A DNA stretch of 64,000 bases from assembly GCF_009914755.1 (NCBI RefSeq), contig NC_060929.1; one strand, 5' to 3'. Positions 38,738 through 61,394 of this stretch are shown one piece after another (the stretch's first letter is position 1; every line of letters starts with the position of its first letter). The notes beneath the pieces are model-generated. The model ran no database searches and was not told the origin of the DNA. It was given only the letters and a program-made list of their open reading frames with translations. The position numbers and the translations under genes are program-made. This DNA comes from the human T2T-CHM13v2.0 reference genome, Homo sapiens.

Positions 38738-39801
38738 ATAATTTTTATTACAGGGTCTCATTCTGTCACCCAGGCTGAAGTGCAGTGATGTAATCATAAC
38801 TCATAGCAGCCTTGAACTCCTAGGCTCAAGTGATCCTCCAGCCTCAGCCTCCCTATTAGCTGGGATTACAGGCACGTGCCACCATGCCTGGTTAATTTTT
38901 TAAATTTTTTGTAGAGACACAGTCTTGCTATGTTGCTCAGGCTGGTCTTGCACTCTTGGCCTCAAGCAGTCCTCTCACCTCAGCCTCCCAAAGTGCTGGG
39001 ATTACAGATGTATGTCACCACACCTGGCCTCAAGTGGATTTCGTTTTCTTTTTAATTTTGTAGAGACGGGGTCTCCCTGTGTTGCCCATGCTGGTCTCGA
39101 ACTTCTGGACTCAAGTGATCCTCCTGTCTCAGCCACCCAATGTGGCTGGCATGAGCCACCATGCCTGGCCTCAAGTGGATTTCTTGACTTGTGACTCAAA
39201 GGACCTTGTCTACAACAGTCAGAAATTTCATCAACTGGCCAGGTGCAGTGTCTTATGTCTGTAATCCCAACTCTTTGGGAGGCTGAGGCAGGAGGATCAC
39301 TTGAGCCCAGGAGTTCACGACCAGCATGGGCAACATAGGGAGACCCTGTCTCTATAAAAAGAAAGAAAGAAAGAAAGAAATCCCATCAACTCAACTCAAA
39401 AGTGGGTTGTGGAACAGGCAGAGACACAAAACAGAAGCAGAAAATAAAGGTTTTCCCTGTCTGGCAGATACTGTTCCTAGTGAGGTGGCTGCCCTGCAGA
39501 ACTTCCCAGCTTGTCCCTGGTCACCATCTCAGAGGTCACTATCCTCCACTAGTTTATGACCCATGGCCATCCAGTGGAACTTCAGCTGTATTCCAGTTGC
39601 CTCAAATAACACTGTTCATGTTAACACATAGTTTTGAATAATGCTATTGTTTTTGTTTTCCCCATGTTGTGGTGTTTCCTATTGATGTATACAATTTTAT
39701 TTTCCTAACCTCACTGTCCAACAAAAGGAGAATGGCTGAGTAAGTTGTGATATGTCTGTACAATGGATTACAATATGGCCATTAAAAGTGATGGTGGGCT
39801 A

Positions 39802-40351
<550 letters not shown>

Positions 40352-40959
40352 TTATTTCAAACCAGCTGCTGTTGTGAGGAATGGGGTGGGATTCATCCAA
40401 CAAGGAGAGGAAAGAACCAGTGAGTATCCCAAAGCCCTGCTGAGGGAGGGTCATGAACTTGAGGTGGTGTTACCCTCCTCCCCAGTTGCGCCACTTCTTC
40501 TGGCTGCAGGTGTAAGTCCTGCAGATGGGAGGTAGAAGGACAAATGCTTTCTTGTGTGTAAGGATGGGGCCTGGGAAGCCAATGTGGCGGAAGGACATTG
40601 AGGGTCCTGGCAGAGTAGGGATACATCCATGGGCTGGATAGGAAAGCAGATGAGGCTGAGTAGGGGATGAACTGGGGAAAATTGATGAGCTGCGAAGCTG
40701 GAAGCTTCATTCAATGGGGTGAGACAATTTTGTCTTCTGCTGTGTATCTCCATCCCCTAACACATAGCCTTGTGCTAGTAAGTACTTATTGAGTGAATGA
40801 AATGATGAATATATGACTTACAGTTCTCATTGTAATTTTTTTTTTTTTTTGAGACCAAGTCTCACTCTGTCACCCAGGCTGGAGTGCAGTGACACAATCT
40901 CAGCTTACTGCAACCTTTGCCTCCTGGGCTCAAGTAATTTTCCTGCCTCAGCCTCCTGA

Positions 40960-41201
<242 letters not shown>

Positions 41202-43018
41202 TAGCAAGCACCACTTAGTTCAGAAAAAACTGAATTCCTATCCAAACTTAATCAATGACTGGTTGTGTAACCTTGGACAAGTCACCTAACCTTTCTGAAC
41301 TTAGACTTTCTTTTCTGTAAGTAGGGATTATTACAGCCCTCTCAGAAGTTTGTTGCATGGATTAACAGAGATGCCATGTGTTGAGTGCTTAGCATGGTTG
41401 TCTGGTGCTTTGGGGTCATTCACTAAGTACCAAAGGAGCAATCAGTCTCCAAGACCCTGATTGGTTCTGAAGGCTACATGTAATCAAATTGTTCCTTTTA
41501 GTTAGTGGACAAGAGTGCAGGACCTGTAGCCAGACATCCTCCTCCGCTTACCACCTGGACATGTTATTTCTGAGCCTCTGTTTCCTCATCTACATGATGG
41601 GGGTAATATCAGGACTGACATACAAGACTGGTTGGGAGGATAGGATGATAATTTATGTAAAGCATTTAGCACAGGACTTGGCGCATTGCAGGTCCATGTT
41701 AGATCTTGGCTCTCAGTATTTTCCATCAACTGAGATGCTCCATGCGGGCAGCAAGTTTTGTTGAGGGCAGAACAGGACTTTTGGATGTCAGTTAGAAATG
41801 GCATAAGGCATAGAGTGGAGCTGTTAGGCAGGCAGTTGGATATACTAAGTTCAGAGTAGAGATCTGAGATGGAGGAAAAAAATTAGAGTCATCAGCAAAA
41901 GATGATATTTAAAGCTATTGGCTGGATGAAATCACCAAGGGAATGAGGGCTCAGAGAAAAGACAAGAAGAAGGGCTGAATGCTAGTACATCTGACACTTG
42001 GAGATGAGGGAAATGATTAACACTGCAAAGCTGGGAATTGGACAGAGCATCGTGGAAGCTGCACGGCCAGCCTGCCCCAACAGTTACTTAACACACTCAC
42101 TTAACACACTCTTATATACTCTGTGCCAGGTGCTGCGAAAAGTACTTTACAAAAATGAACTCATTTATTTATTTTATTTTATCTTATTTATTTATTTATT
42201 TTATTATTATTATTATTTTTGGACAGAATCTCTCTCTGTTGCCCAAGCTGCAGTGCAGCGGCATGATCATGGCTCACTGTAGCCTTCCACTCCTACGCTC
42301 AAGTGATCTTCCCACCTCAGTCTCCTGACTAGCTGGGACTACAGACACATGCCACCATGCCCAGTTGATTTACTTTATTTTATTTTTTGTAGAGATGGGG
42401 TCTCCCTATGTTGCCCAGGCTCATCTCAAACTCCTGGGCTCAAGCAAATCTCCCACCTCAGGCTCCCAAAGAGGAGGGATTACAGGCATGAGCCTCTGTG
42501 CCTGGCCTATTTATTTATTTTAGAGTCAAGTCTTGCTCTGTCACCCAGGAGGTAGTGCAGTGGCACAAACATAGCTCACTGCAGCCTTGAACTCCTGGGC
42601 TCAAACGATCCTTCTTTTAGCCCCTCGAGTAGCAGGGGGACTACGGACACAGGCCACCATGCCTAGCTTAGGTTTTCTGTTTGTTTTTTTTAGGGACAAG
42701 TTCTTGCTGTGCTGCCCAGGCTGGTCTCCAATTCCTGGCCTCTGGCCTCCTGAGTCACTGAGACTACAGGTGACAGCCACCACCCCTGGCTGAACTCACT
42801 TAACATTAGTAACATCCCCTTCAGATAGGCACCATTATTATCCAGATTTTGCAGATGAGAAAACTGAGACACAAAAAAATAAATAAGGTGCCCAAGGCCA
42901 CAGAACCAGTAAGTGACAGAGCTGGGATTCAAACCTAGGCAGCCTGTGCCTAGAGTCTCTGTCTCTTTCGTGTCTCATTGTGGATAAACAAAGCGCCAAC
43001 TGGATTTTCTTATCTTAG

Positions 43019-43266
<248 letters not shown>

Positions 43267-44359
43267 TGATCCTCCCACCTCAGCCTCCCAAAGTGTTGGG
43301 ATTACGGGCGTGAGCCACTGCGCCTGGCCTTTTTTTTTTTTTTATGAGTTGGGGTCTCATTCTGTCACCCAGGCTGGATTGTAGTGGCACAATCATAGCT
43401 CACTGTAGCCTCAAACTCCTGGACTCAAGTGATCCTCCCACCTCAGCCTCCTCAGTAGCTAGGACTACAGGCGCAAGCCACCATGCCTAGCTAATTGTTT
43501 TTTAATTTTTTTAGAGCCAGGGTCTTACTATGTAGGCCACACTGATCTCAAACTCCTGGTCTTTGATTCTTGAGAGTAAAACTAGAAGTATCATCATGGG
43601 AAAATATTGTTCTCAGAGGCTCCAGTTAGCTCTGACATTCTAGGGATCGATGCCAGCTAGTATTTCAGATTTTAGTGGAGGAAAGAGGAAGGGGAGTTTA
43701 ATCAAGGAATTGATAACTCTGATAGTTCACTTACTCTATGCAAGACCTGTAAGGTCCTGGGGATGGAGAGAATAGGAGGGTGCCCAGGGCTCCTCCTCAC
43801 CCATGGACTCAAGAACCTGTATTCCCACCCCCTTCTCCAGGCATTACTCTGAGAATAATGGTAGCTGGCTGAGGCAGGGGCCAGAGTTCAGGTGGAAAGC
43901 TGGGGTGGCCCAGGGGAATTAGCCTTGGGCTCTTCTTTATCTCTATTGGGGTATAGTTGTTCTATTGGTTCTATTGCCTCATAAAACTTCACTGTGATAT
44001 GGAGGCAGTTTGAGTTCATTCACCCCTCCAGGGAGGTTCTCAATGAGGGTCTGAACAAATAGGTAAACCCAGGAGAAGGGGGGAAGAGGCGGGCATGGGT
44101 GGATGGAAGGTGGAGGGTCAGATGTACACTTAGACTCTAGGGAAGGGGTGGGAGCATGGCTGAGTCAGTCAGCTGAGTGCCAATGTCATCCTTTCCCATA
44201 GCCCCACCACTCCCATCCTGCCTTGGACACTGACCTTGGAAGAGTAGCAATTAAGGAAAAAACAGCTCTGACCGTGCAGAAGGAAATCAATGGGAAAGGG
44301 AGTTAAGCGGGGGCCTGGAGAAGCCACTTGGTCCTTCTTGCCCACATCCCCTGGCCTAG

Positions 44360-44497
44360 AGCTTCTCAAGGCTGCTGAGCAGTACAATCACTGGGGAGTT
44401 TGTCAAAATGCAGATTCTAGGGCCCCACCCCAGACCTACCAAACCAGAATTTTGGGGGGTCAGGTCACAGGGATTTCTATTTTTCACAAGCCCTCCC
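44360..44497 (+). mobile_element. MER5A-like hAT relic
   Basis: cttctcaa...aatcactggggag...aaaatgcagattc...gggccccaccccagaccta. Confidence 0.65.
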
Positions 44498-45454
44498 TTC
44501 CTACATCCCCAGTAGCGTATGAACACAGCCTTACAGCCTATTCCACATAGATCTGAACAAATAAAGTGAAATCAACACTATCCCAGTACCCACCAGGAAT
44601 ACATACAGAAGGAAAAATGAAATGCAGCTTGAGGCCTGGAAGGGATCACAATGTAGTTGGGAGATAAAAGACTCACTTTGTGAAGGGTTAAATTAATGCT
44701 GCAATATATAAACAGTAGTTCAAAATAGGCAGCTAGGCTGGACGAATTGCCAGTGAGTGAGAATAACAGTAGATATCCTTCAACAATCACCTGTGAAATG
44801 CTAGATCCTGTACTAAGCACTTTTGCTATGTACTTTCATTTAATCTCATTAAAACTCTGGAAGATCGGTATTTTTTTCCCCATATAATAATGAATGAGGC
44901 CAGGTGATGGCTCACACCTGTAATCCCAGGACTTTGGGAGGCCAAGGCAGAAGGATCGCTTGAGTCCAGGAGTTTGTGACAAGCCTGGGTAACAAGTGAG
45001 GCCTCGTCTCTACTAAAAGTTAAAAAATTAGCCGTGCGTGGTGGAGCATGCCTGAGGTCCCTGCCACTTGGGAGGCTGAGGCAGGAAGATCTCTTGAGCC
45101 TGTGAGGCTGAGGCTGATTGTGCCACTGCACTCCACCCTGGGTGACAGAGTGAGACCCTGCCTAATAATAATAATAATTATTATTAATAATAAATAAGGC
45201 TTTGCCTTATTTGTTAATTCTTCTCATATTAGCCTTCCCTCATACTCAGGAAGTGGTCGGGTAATGTTTCTGTGTTCCAAAAATATCCTTATGTTACAGT
45301 CTTTATTTCTTTGATCACATCATGTTGTAACTGCCTGTTTATGGGACTGTGTCTCCTACAAGATTTGAGGACAGACCGGGCGCCGTGGCTCACGCCTGTA
45401 ATCCCAGCAGTTTGGGAGGCTGAGGTGGGTGGATCATTTGAGATCAGGAGTTCA

Positions 45455-45778
<324 letters not shown>

Positions 45779-46835
45779 TCAGAGCTAAGACATGAGAAGG
45801 CTGAGTGACTCTAAAGCCCAGGTTCCCCCACTGAGTCATTACAAAGAGAAAGTACAGGCTCTGGGGATTTTTGCAAGGGACAATCTCTACAGGTTGGACT
45901 AATCAAAAAAGCCTGATTGGAGGAGGCGGGGGTGAAGGACAATTAGAATTCAGAAAGACTGATGAAAGGTGAGCAGTCATTCCAGGCAGGCCAAGGCAGG
46001 AAGGAGGGGTTTTACAAGGTACGAACTTCCTCCAAGACGAGAGACCCCAGAAGACTCCAGGAGACTGTGCCTCACCCCCTAAACCTTTCTAGCTCACTCA
46101 CTGGCTGTCACCTTCTGGCTGACTTGCATCTCCATTACCGTGGTAAAATTATTTCCCCCAAGGTTTTCAGGGAGATGGTGAATTTTTCATTGTTTCTCAT
46201 GCCTAGAGCATGGCGACAAAACATACTCTATTAGTGGATTTGTCCATTTGGCAAGTCCCTTTGAATAATGGATGGAGTTTTTTTTCAGTTTCCATGAAGA
46301 AATAAGACTCATTTATGTCCATGATGTATATCTATGTATATAGCTATGTGAAAAAGAGCAAGACAAAACAGTGTCTCCGAATTTCATTTTGGTTAAAACC
46401 AGTAGGAAAAAAGGATATGCACAAATATGTTTGTGTCCATGTGGAAAACATCTAGAAGTTTATCTACTGAATTTAACAGCAGCTGGCTCTGGAAAATGAG
46501 ATGTAGTGGGATCTGCGGTTTTAACCTTTACAAAGTCTTAAGCTTTTGTCTTTTTAAACAATGAGTATGCATTAATTTTACAATTGAAAAATAAGATTGT
46601 TTGGAAGGATTATAGGTAGCTTCAAATTTATTTGTGTTTTGTTCTTTCCAAATTTTTTCTTTTCTTTTTTTTTTTTTTTTTTAGACAGGGTCTTTCTCTG
46701 TCACCCAGGCTGAATGCAGTATTGCAATCATAGCTCACTGAAGCCTCAGTCTCCCAGGTGTAAGTGATCCTCTTGCCTCTGCCTCCAAAGTAGCTGGTAC
46801 CATAGGCACATGCCACTACACCTGCTAATTTTTAA

Positions 46836-47237
<402 letters not shown>

Positions 47238-47483
47238 TAATCAGAAAATAAACCCCCTTTTTATTATAAAAGTTGTTAAAAAGAAAAGAAAAATTCTCAA
47301 GATGGCCCAATTTGTTATGTTGAGGGGCAGGAAAGTACCAAAGATGTTTGAAACTCTGAGTCCCAGTTAAGCTGAGTGTAAAGTAATTCAATCCCAATTT
47401 GACAAAACATTGTATGAGTTGTAAGAATGTTCTAGACCCCTTAAGTTTGTAGTCCCATCCTGGGGCTTTAGCTCAAGGAAATA

Positions 47484-49343
<1,860 letters not shown>

Positions 49344-49383
49344 CTACAATAATTTTTTCCTTTTTTTTTCTTTTTTTTTTTGA

Positions 49384-49521
<138 letters not shown>

Positions 49522-49562
49522 TAGCTAATTTTCTGTGTTGTTAGTAGAGACAGGGTTTTTGA

Positions 49563-49697
<135 letters not shown>

Positions 49698-49705
49698 TGA
49701 GATGA

Positions 49706-50189
<484 letters not shown>

Positions 50190-52399
50190 TAGCCAGGATG
50201 GTCTCGATCTCCTGATTTTGTGATCCACCTGCCTCAGCCTCCCAAAGTGCTGGGATTACAGGTATGAGCCACTGCACCTGGCCCAACCTGACAGCTTTTC
50301 AGAAACATGGGACCGTGTTTACAAACTAATGCTGGGTGAAGAAAAATAGAATACAATATTGTATTTATGTGGCGTGTGGTTATTGTATATCTGTTACAGT
50401 TGATAAGAAAGAAAACAATAATGAGGGAGAAGGAGAGAAATAGCAAAAGAGGGAGGAAGAGAGTAGAAAATATAAGGCCGGGCAGGGTGGCTCACACCTG
50501 TAATACCCGCATTTTGGGAGGCCGAGGCGAGTGGATCACTTGAGGTCAGGAGTTCGAAACCAGCCTGGCCAACATGGCAAACTCCTGTCTCTATTAAAAA
50601 CAGAAAAATTAGCCGGGCGTGGTGGTAGGCGCCTATAATCCCAGCTACTTGGGAGGCTGAGGCAGGAGAATGGCTTGAACCTGGGAGGCAGAGGGTGCAG
50701 TGAGTCGAGATGTGACACTGCACTCCAGCCTGGGCGATAGAGTGAAACTGTCTCAAATAAATAAATTAATTAATTAATAAAAGCAGTTTGCTTGTATTAG
50801 GGTTATGGGATTATAGGGATTTTTTGAAAAAAAGACGTTGAAAGCTATTTTAAGAGTAAATATAGGCCGAGCGCGGTGGCTCACGCCTGTAGTTCCAGCA
50901 CTTTGGGAGGCCGAGGCGGGCAGATCACGAGGTCAGGAGTTCGAGACCAGCCTCGCCAACATGGAAAACCCCGTCTCTACTAAAGATACAGAAAATTAGC
51001 CGGGCATGATGGTGGGCACCTGTAATCCCAGCTACTCAGGAGGCTGAGGCAGGAGAATTGCTTGAACCTGGGAGGCGGAGGTTGCAGTGAGCCGAGATCG
51101 CCCCATGAGACTGTCTCAAAAAAAAAAAAAAAGTAAATATAAACTATACACTGGGGCTCTGTGACTTTGGCAAGGTATACTTTGTCAAGGTAACACTTCA
51201 CTGAACCTCTGTTTGCTCCTAGGTGAAATGGGGGCAATAACAGTACATACTTCATAGAGCTGTTCTGAAGATTAAATAAGATCATTCATGTAAAACACTC
51301 AGCTGAGTGCCAAATGCATAATAAAGATCCAATAAATGTGAGCTATTCTTGCCATTGTTATTATTATCAGTCATTGTTGTATCATCATTATTATTATCAG
51401 TGAGGGGAAATTCTCACATGCTCTAGGCGGGAGTGTAAACTGCTATAGCTTTTCTGAAAGGCAGTAAAGTAATAGATATACAAATTTTAAATACTACAAT
51501 CCTTTGTTCCAGGAATTTCATGTCTGGGAATTCATCCTTAGCAAGCAATCTTAGCAAATAATCTGACATGTACAGTGAAAGGTGTGAACAAGAATATTTT
51601 TATCACTGTTATTTATAATAGGAAAAGATTGGAAACAACCTAAAAATCCAGCAATAGCTAAGTAAGTTATGAGACATACATATGATAGAATACTCTGGAG
51701 CTGTTGAACAGGATATGATATACCCTTTTGTAATGATATAGACATGTGCCCATATCATTACATAAACAGGAGGTAACAGAGCAATATAGTCTCATTTATA
51801 CCAGAAAATAAATATGTGCATTTAAAAGCCTAAAAGGGCTGGGTGTGGTGGCTCAGGCCTCTAATCTCAGCACTTTGGGAGGCCGAGGTGGGCGGATCAT
51901 CCAAGTTCAGGAGTTTGAGACCAGCCTGGCCAACACAGTGAAACCTTGTCTCTACTAAAAATTAGCTAAGTGTGGTGGCAAGCACCTGTAGTCCCAGCTA
52001 CTAGGGAGGCTGAGGCAGGAGAATCGCTTAAACCTGGGAGCGGAGGTTGCCGTGAGCCAAGATTGTACCACTGCACTTTGGCCTCGGCAACGGAGGGAGA
52101 CTTCACTTCAAAAAAAAAAAAAAAAAAGGCATGGTGGCATGTACTTGTAGTCCCAGCTGTTTGGGAGGCTGATTTGGGAGGATCACTGGAGCCTGGGAGG
52201 TTAAGGCTGCAGTGAGCTGAGATCACACACGGCACTCCAGCCTGGGCGACAAAGAGAGACCCTGTCTCAGGAAAAAAGAAAAGGAAAGAAAAAGCCTAGA
52301 AGGAGAGGTACCAAACTACTATCACAGGCCACCTCTGACAGGACTCTCACTTGCTCTGAATTATTTGAAATTTTTATATATATAACTTAAAAAAATCCA

Positions 52400-52403
<4 letters not shown>

Positions 52404-52436
<33 letters not shown>

Positions 52437-52455
52437 TGTCTGTCTGTCTGTCTGC
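52404..52455. repeat. (TG)n-(TCTG)n compound microsatellite ~1.6 kb upstream of the FABP6 TATA
   Basis: Directly visible. Confidence 0.97.
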
Positions 52456-52785
52456 CTGTTAGACTAAAGTAAGAGTCCTGGCTGGAGTTAGAAATTCCAA
52501 GATTGGAGATTAAAGCCTGGTAAAATGTGGCAGAGTTGGTTTTTCATCAGTTCAGAGACCGCTTAGTCCCAGGTCTGGGAGTCAGCAACTGTATTGAATT
52601 CAGCTTTAGATGGAAATGAAGGAGATTCATGGAGAGCAAGCCTGGGAAAAGGAAATAGACGTGCAGAGGTTTCCTGAATTAATAATAATAATTGGCCGGG
52701 TGTGGTGGCTCACGTCTGTAATCCCAGCACTTTGGGAGGCTGAGGCAGGCGGATCACTTGAGGTTGGGAGTTTGAGACCAGCCTA

Positions 52786-52998
<213 letters not shown>

Positions 52999-53929
52999 TC
53001 ACGAGAGCCTTTGCAGAGTGTTTTATACTTTGCACTGTCAATTTTGCCCAATGCAGAGGACATTCTCACAAGATGGGTAGGCCGGAGTGATCACGGAGGA
53101 GATAGAGTCCCTGCATGTGAAGTGGTACTGAGAGACACAGCAGGAAATGGAAGTCAAGATTCTGAACCCCTAACCCCTTCCAGCTCTGAAGCTTGAACAA
53201 AATAAAACTCATCCAGCATCCAGCCCAGTGCCTGGTGCACAGGCATCTTCAAGGCACCTGGCACCTTCTCCTCCAGGTGCGCTGCCTAGGCCCATGGGTG
53301 GCTGCTTTACTCTGGTTGCATTATCTGCACCCTTAGGAGCATCTGTTCTCCTTCAAGTTTGCTTTGCTCCAGCTAAACTCATTGTTTCCTTTCATCATGG
53401 CCCTTTCCATCTTCGTCACACTGTTCCCTCGTCCTAGAATATCGTCTCCCTTTGTTCTCAGCCTCCTCCAACCTTCCTGCTTCTCTACACATCCAAGTCC
53501 TATTGGTCCTCCAAGACGGGTGCCAAATGCCACCTCCTCCCCAAACATGCACTAGCCCTGCGCTGGACACCATTGCTCCTTCCCCATGCTCCAGGTCAGC
53601 CATCTGCTTTTCTCCTGGGGCACATCACATCCTGCTTACACAAGAACTCTCTGCAGGTGTGTGCTTGTCTCTGGACTAAACCAAAGGCTCTTTTGGGAAA
53701 GGTGTGTGTCTCGTTCATCTGTGTTTCTTCAGTGCTGGCCCTGCATGCAGCAAGTGCTCAAGTGCTTTGGTTGCAGAGTTAGAGGGTGCAAGAGTGATGA
53801 GAGATGGTGAGAGCATGGGTTGAGGGCAGGGCATGCGGGAACGGAGGGAGAGATGGGCAGAGAGGTGATGACTCCTCAAACCCGTTGCCATCCTGACCCT
53901 GCTGGCAATGGGGTGACAGCACTTCCCCA

Positions 53930-53942
53930 GGGTGAATAACCT
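53930..53942 (+). promoter_or_regulatory. FXR/RXR IR-1 bile-acid response element GGGTGA-A-TAACCT
   Basis: Inverted nuclear-receptor half-sites with a 1-nt spacer ~120 bp upstream of the TATA box; matches the established I-BABP FXRE. Confidence 0.92.
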
Positions 53943-53972
53943 CGGGGCTCTGTCCCTCCAGGTCCTGCCCAC

Positions 53973-53981
53973 ATCATAAAA
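53973..53981 (+). promoter_or_regulatory. CDX-type motif ATCATAAAA
   Basis: Close to the CDX consensus (YMATAAA) in the proximal promoter of an ileal gene. Confidence 0.5.
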
Positions 53982-54019
53982 CAGCAAGTGCTTCCTCTTC
54001 AGGACAGGAGGGAGAAGAA

Positions 54020-54029
54020 GTGGGGTGAC
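54020..54029 (-). promoter_or_regulatory. Sterol regulatory element (GTCACCCCAC on minus)
   Basis: One mismatch from SRE-1 ATCACCCCAC, ~30 bp upstream of TATA. Confidence 0.65.
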
Positions 54030-54059
54030 TTAGGGGCTGAGCCTCAGCAACTGGGAGAG

Positions 54060-54066
54060 TTTATAA
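54060..54066 (+). promoter_or_regulatory. TATA box of the canonical FABP6 promoter (TTTATAA)
   Basis: ~80 nt upstream of the ATG, implying a TSS near 54090. Confidence 0.85.
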
Positions 54067-54129
54067 GCTGGGATAGCAGACCCCTCAGCACCACCCATTC
54101 TCCTCATCCCTCTGCTCTCTGGCCTCCAG

Positions 54130-54141
54130 CCTCCCAGCAGC
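54130..54141 (+). CDS. FABP6: IBABP-L linker PPSS, via an acceptor inside the short-isoform 5'UTR
   Basis: ctctgctctctggcctccag|CCT CCC AGC AGC ATG keeps frame into Met1 of the short form. Confidence 0.8.
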
Positions 54142-54208
54142 ATGGCTTTCACCGGCAAGTTCGAGATGGAGAGTGAGAAGAATTATGATGAGTTCATGAA
54201 GCTCCTTG
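54142..54208 (+). CDS. FABP6: FABP6 coding exon 1 ([23 protein letters not shown])
   Basis: ATG at 54142 in cagcATGg context; the translation is the recognisable N-terminus of ileal lipid-binding protein; phase-1 donor G|gtgagt at 54209. Confidence 0.98.
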
Positions 54209-54402
54209 GTGAGTGAGCTCCTGGGTATCCCTTCCTCGGGGTTGGTTTGTCACAGCCAGCTCTGGGCCAGGAACCCTAAAGTAGAATGGGACAGGATTTC
54301 ATCCATTCATTCACTCACTCACTCATTCATTCATTCACACATTTGTTGAGCAACTGCTTTCTCCCAGGCTCTGAGGATAATAAGAACTAAGACACTCTTT
54401 AA

Positions 54403-58460
<4,058 letters not shown>

Positions 58461-58580
58461 GAAGAAACCGAGGCTCAGGGAGACCAAGTAATGTGTCTAG
58501 GGCCTTGCAGCTAGAACATGGTGGGACCAGGGATTTGAACCCCAGCTATTTGCCTCTATCATTAGGCCTCTGGTGACCCA

Positions 58581-59350
<770 letters not shown>

Positions 59351-59381
59351 ACCCAGGCTTAATGTTGTGCTTCCATTCCAG

Positions 59382-59471
59382 GCCACTGTGCAGATGGAGG
59401 GCGGGAAGCTGGTGGTGAATTTCCCCAACTATCACCAGACCTCAGAGATCGTGGGTGACAAGCTGGTGGAG
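59382..59471 (+). CDS. FABP6: FABP6 coding exon 3 ([30 protein letters not shown])
   Basis: ttccattccag| acceptor, 90 nt phase 0-0, GAG|gtgagt donor. Confidence 0.98.
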
Positions 59472-60409
59472 GTGAGTGTCATGCTGATTCCTGGGATGAT
59501 TATTGGATATTTGTCTGCCTCTTGGCCACAGCCCCTCAGAAGTAGGCCTCTACGCAGCTGGCTTTACCAGCACTTCCCTTGTACCAGGCTCTATGCTGAG
59601 TGCTGGATGCACATGATGTCATTTGGTCTTCAAAATAACCCTGTTAGGTGGGGATTTTTATCTCCATTTGAGGAGACTGAGGCACAGGGATAAGTGAGGG
59701 AGCACACAGATTTGACGACAGAGCTGAGGTTTGATGCTAAGTAGCCTGACTGCAGCACTCACACTCAACCGCTTCTGGGACACGAGACTGGAAGCCCGGA
59801 AGATCCTTCCCAGAATATAAATAAAGGAGGCGGTCCAGGTGGGCTCCTCAAAGGACAGCCACCACTCCATTCCTTTTCCATGAGGGACATCAGGCCCCTT
59901 CTACCAGATCTTCTGATTTATCAAGAGAAGTTGGAAATTTGCACTTCCGTGTGAAATCTCCACACTATTAAATATTGGCAACTAATTAAAAAAATTCTGT
60001 AAATATTGGCAGGTCCCACACACACATCTGGGGACCCACTCCTCCTACACTGGAGGTGGTGCCCTGGGAGGCCCTTCCTCTCACTTCTGTTGCTTTCCCG
60101 TGGGTCTCCAAGTTTTCCCCAGGTGGAAGGAATGAACGTGAGGTTAAAAGGGAAAAGAAGGCATTTCCATACTTCATTCCCTCACTGTGAGCCTGTGACC
60201 TGGGCCAGAGACCCTCTGGGGTCCCGTGTAGGTCTAGAAAGGGCCCTTCCCTCCTCCCTGAAGCTCTCCAGCAGGGAACACATGATGAGGGAGGCAGTGT
60301 TTGTGTGACCCCTTTGCTTCTCCTTCTTTGATCCTTCTCTCTCTCTCTCTCTCATTCTCGCTTTCTTGTGCCCACATCTCAAGCCCTGTCAAGAGGAAAG
60401 GAGCACACT

Positions 60410-61031
<622 letters not shown>

Positions 61032-61223
61032 GATGGCCCAAGAGGTTCCGTGCCCTCCCATTATACTTATTTTACAGAGCAGCATTACAAGGCTCAGAGA
61101 CAGCAAGGGACTTGGCCGTGGCCACACAACTAGTACATGCAGAGGCAGATCTCATCTGCTGACTTCTAGACTAGGCCCCCTGCCTCTTCTGCCCAGGCCC
61201 ACGGGTCTTTTTATCCCCCTTTA

Positions 61224-61394
<171 letters not shown>

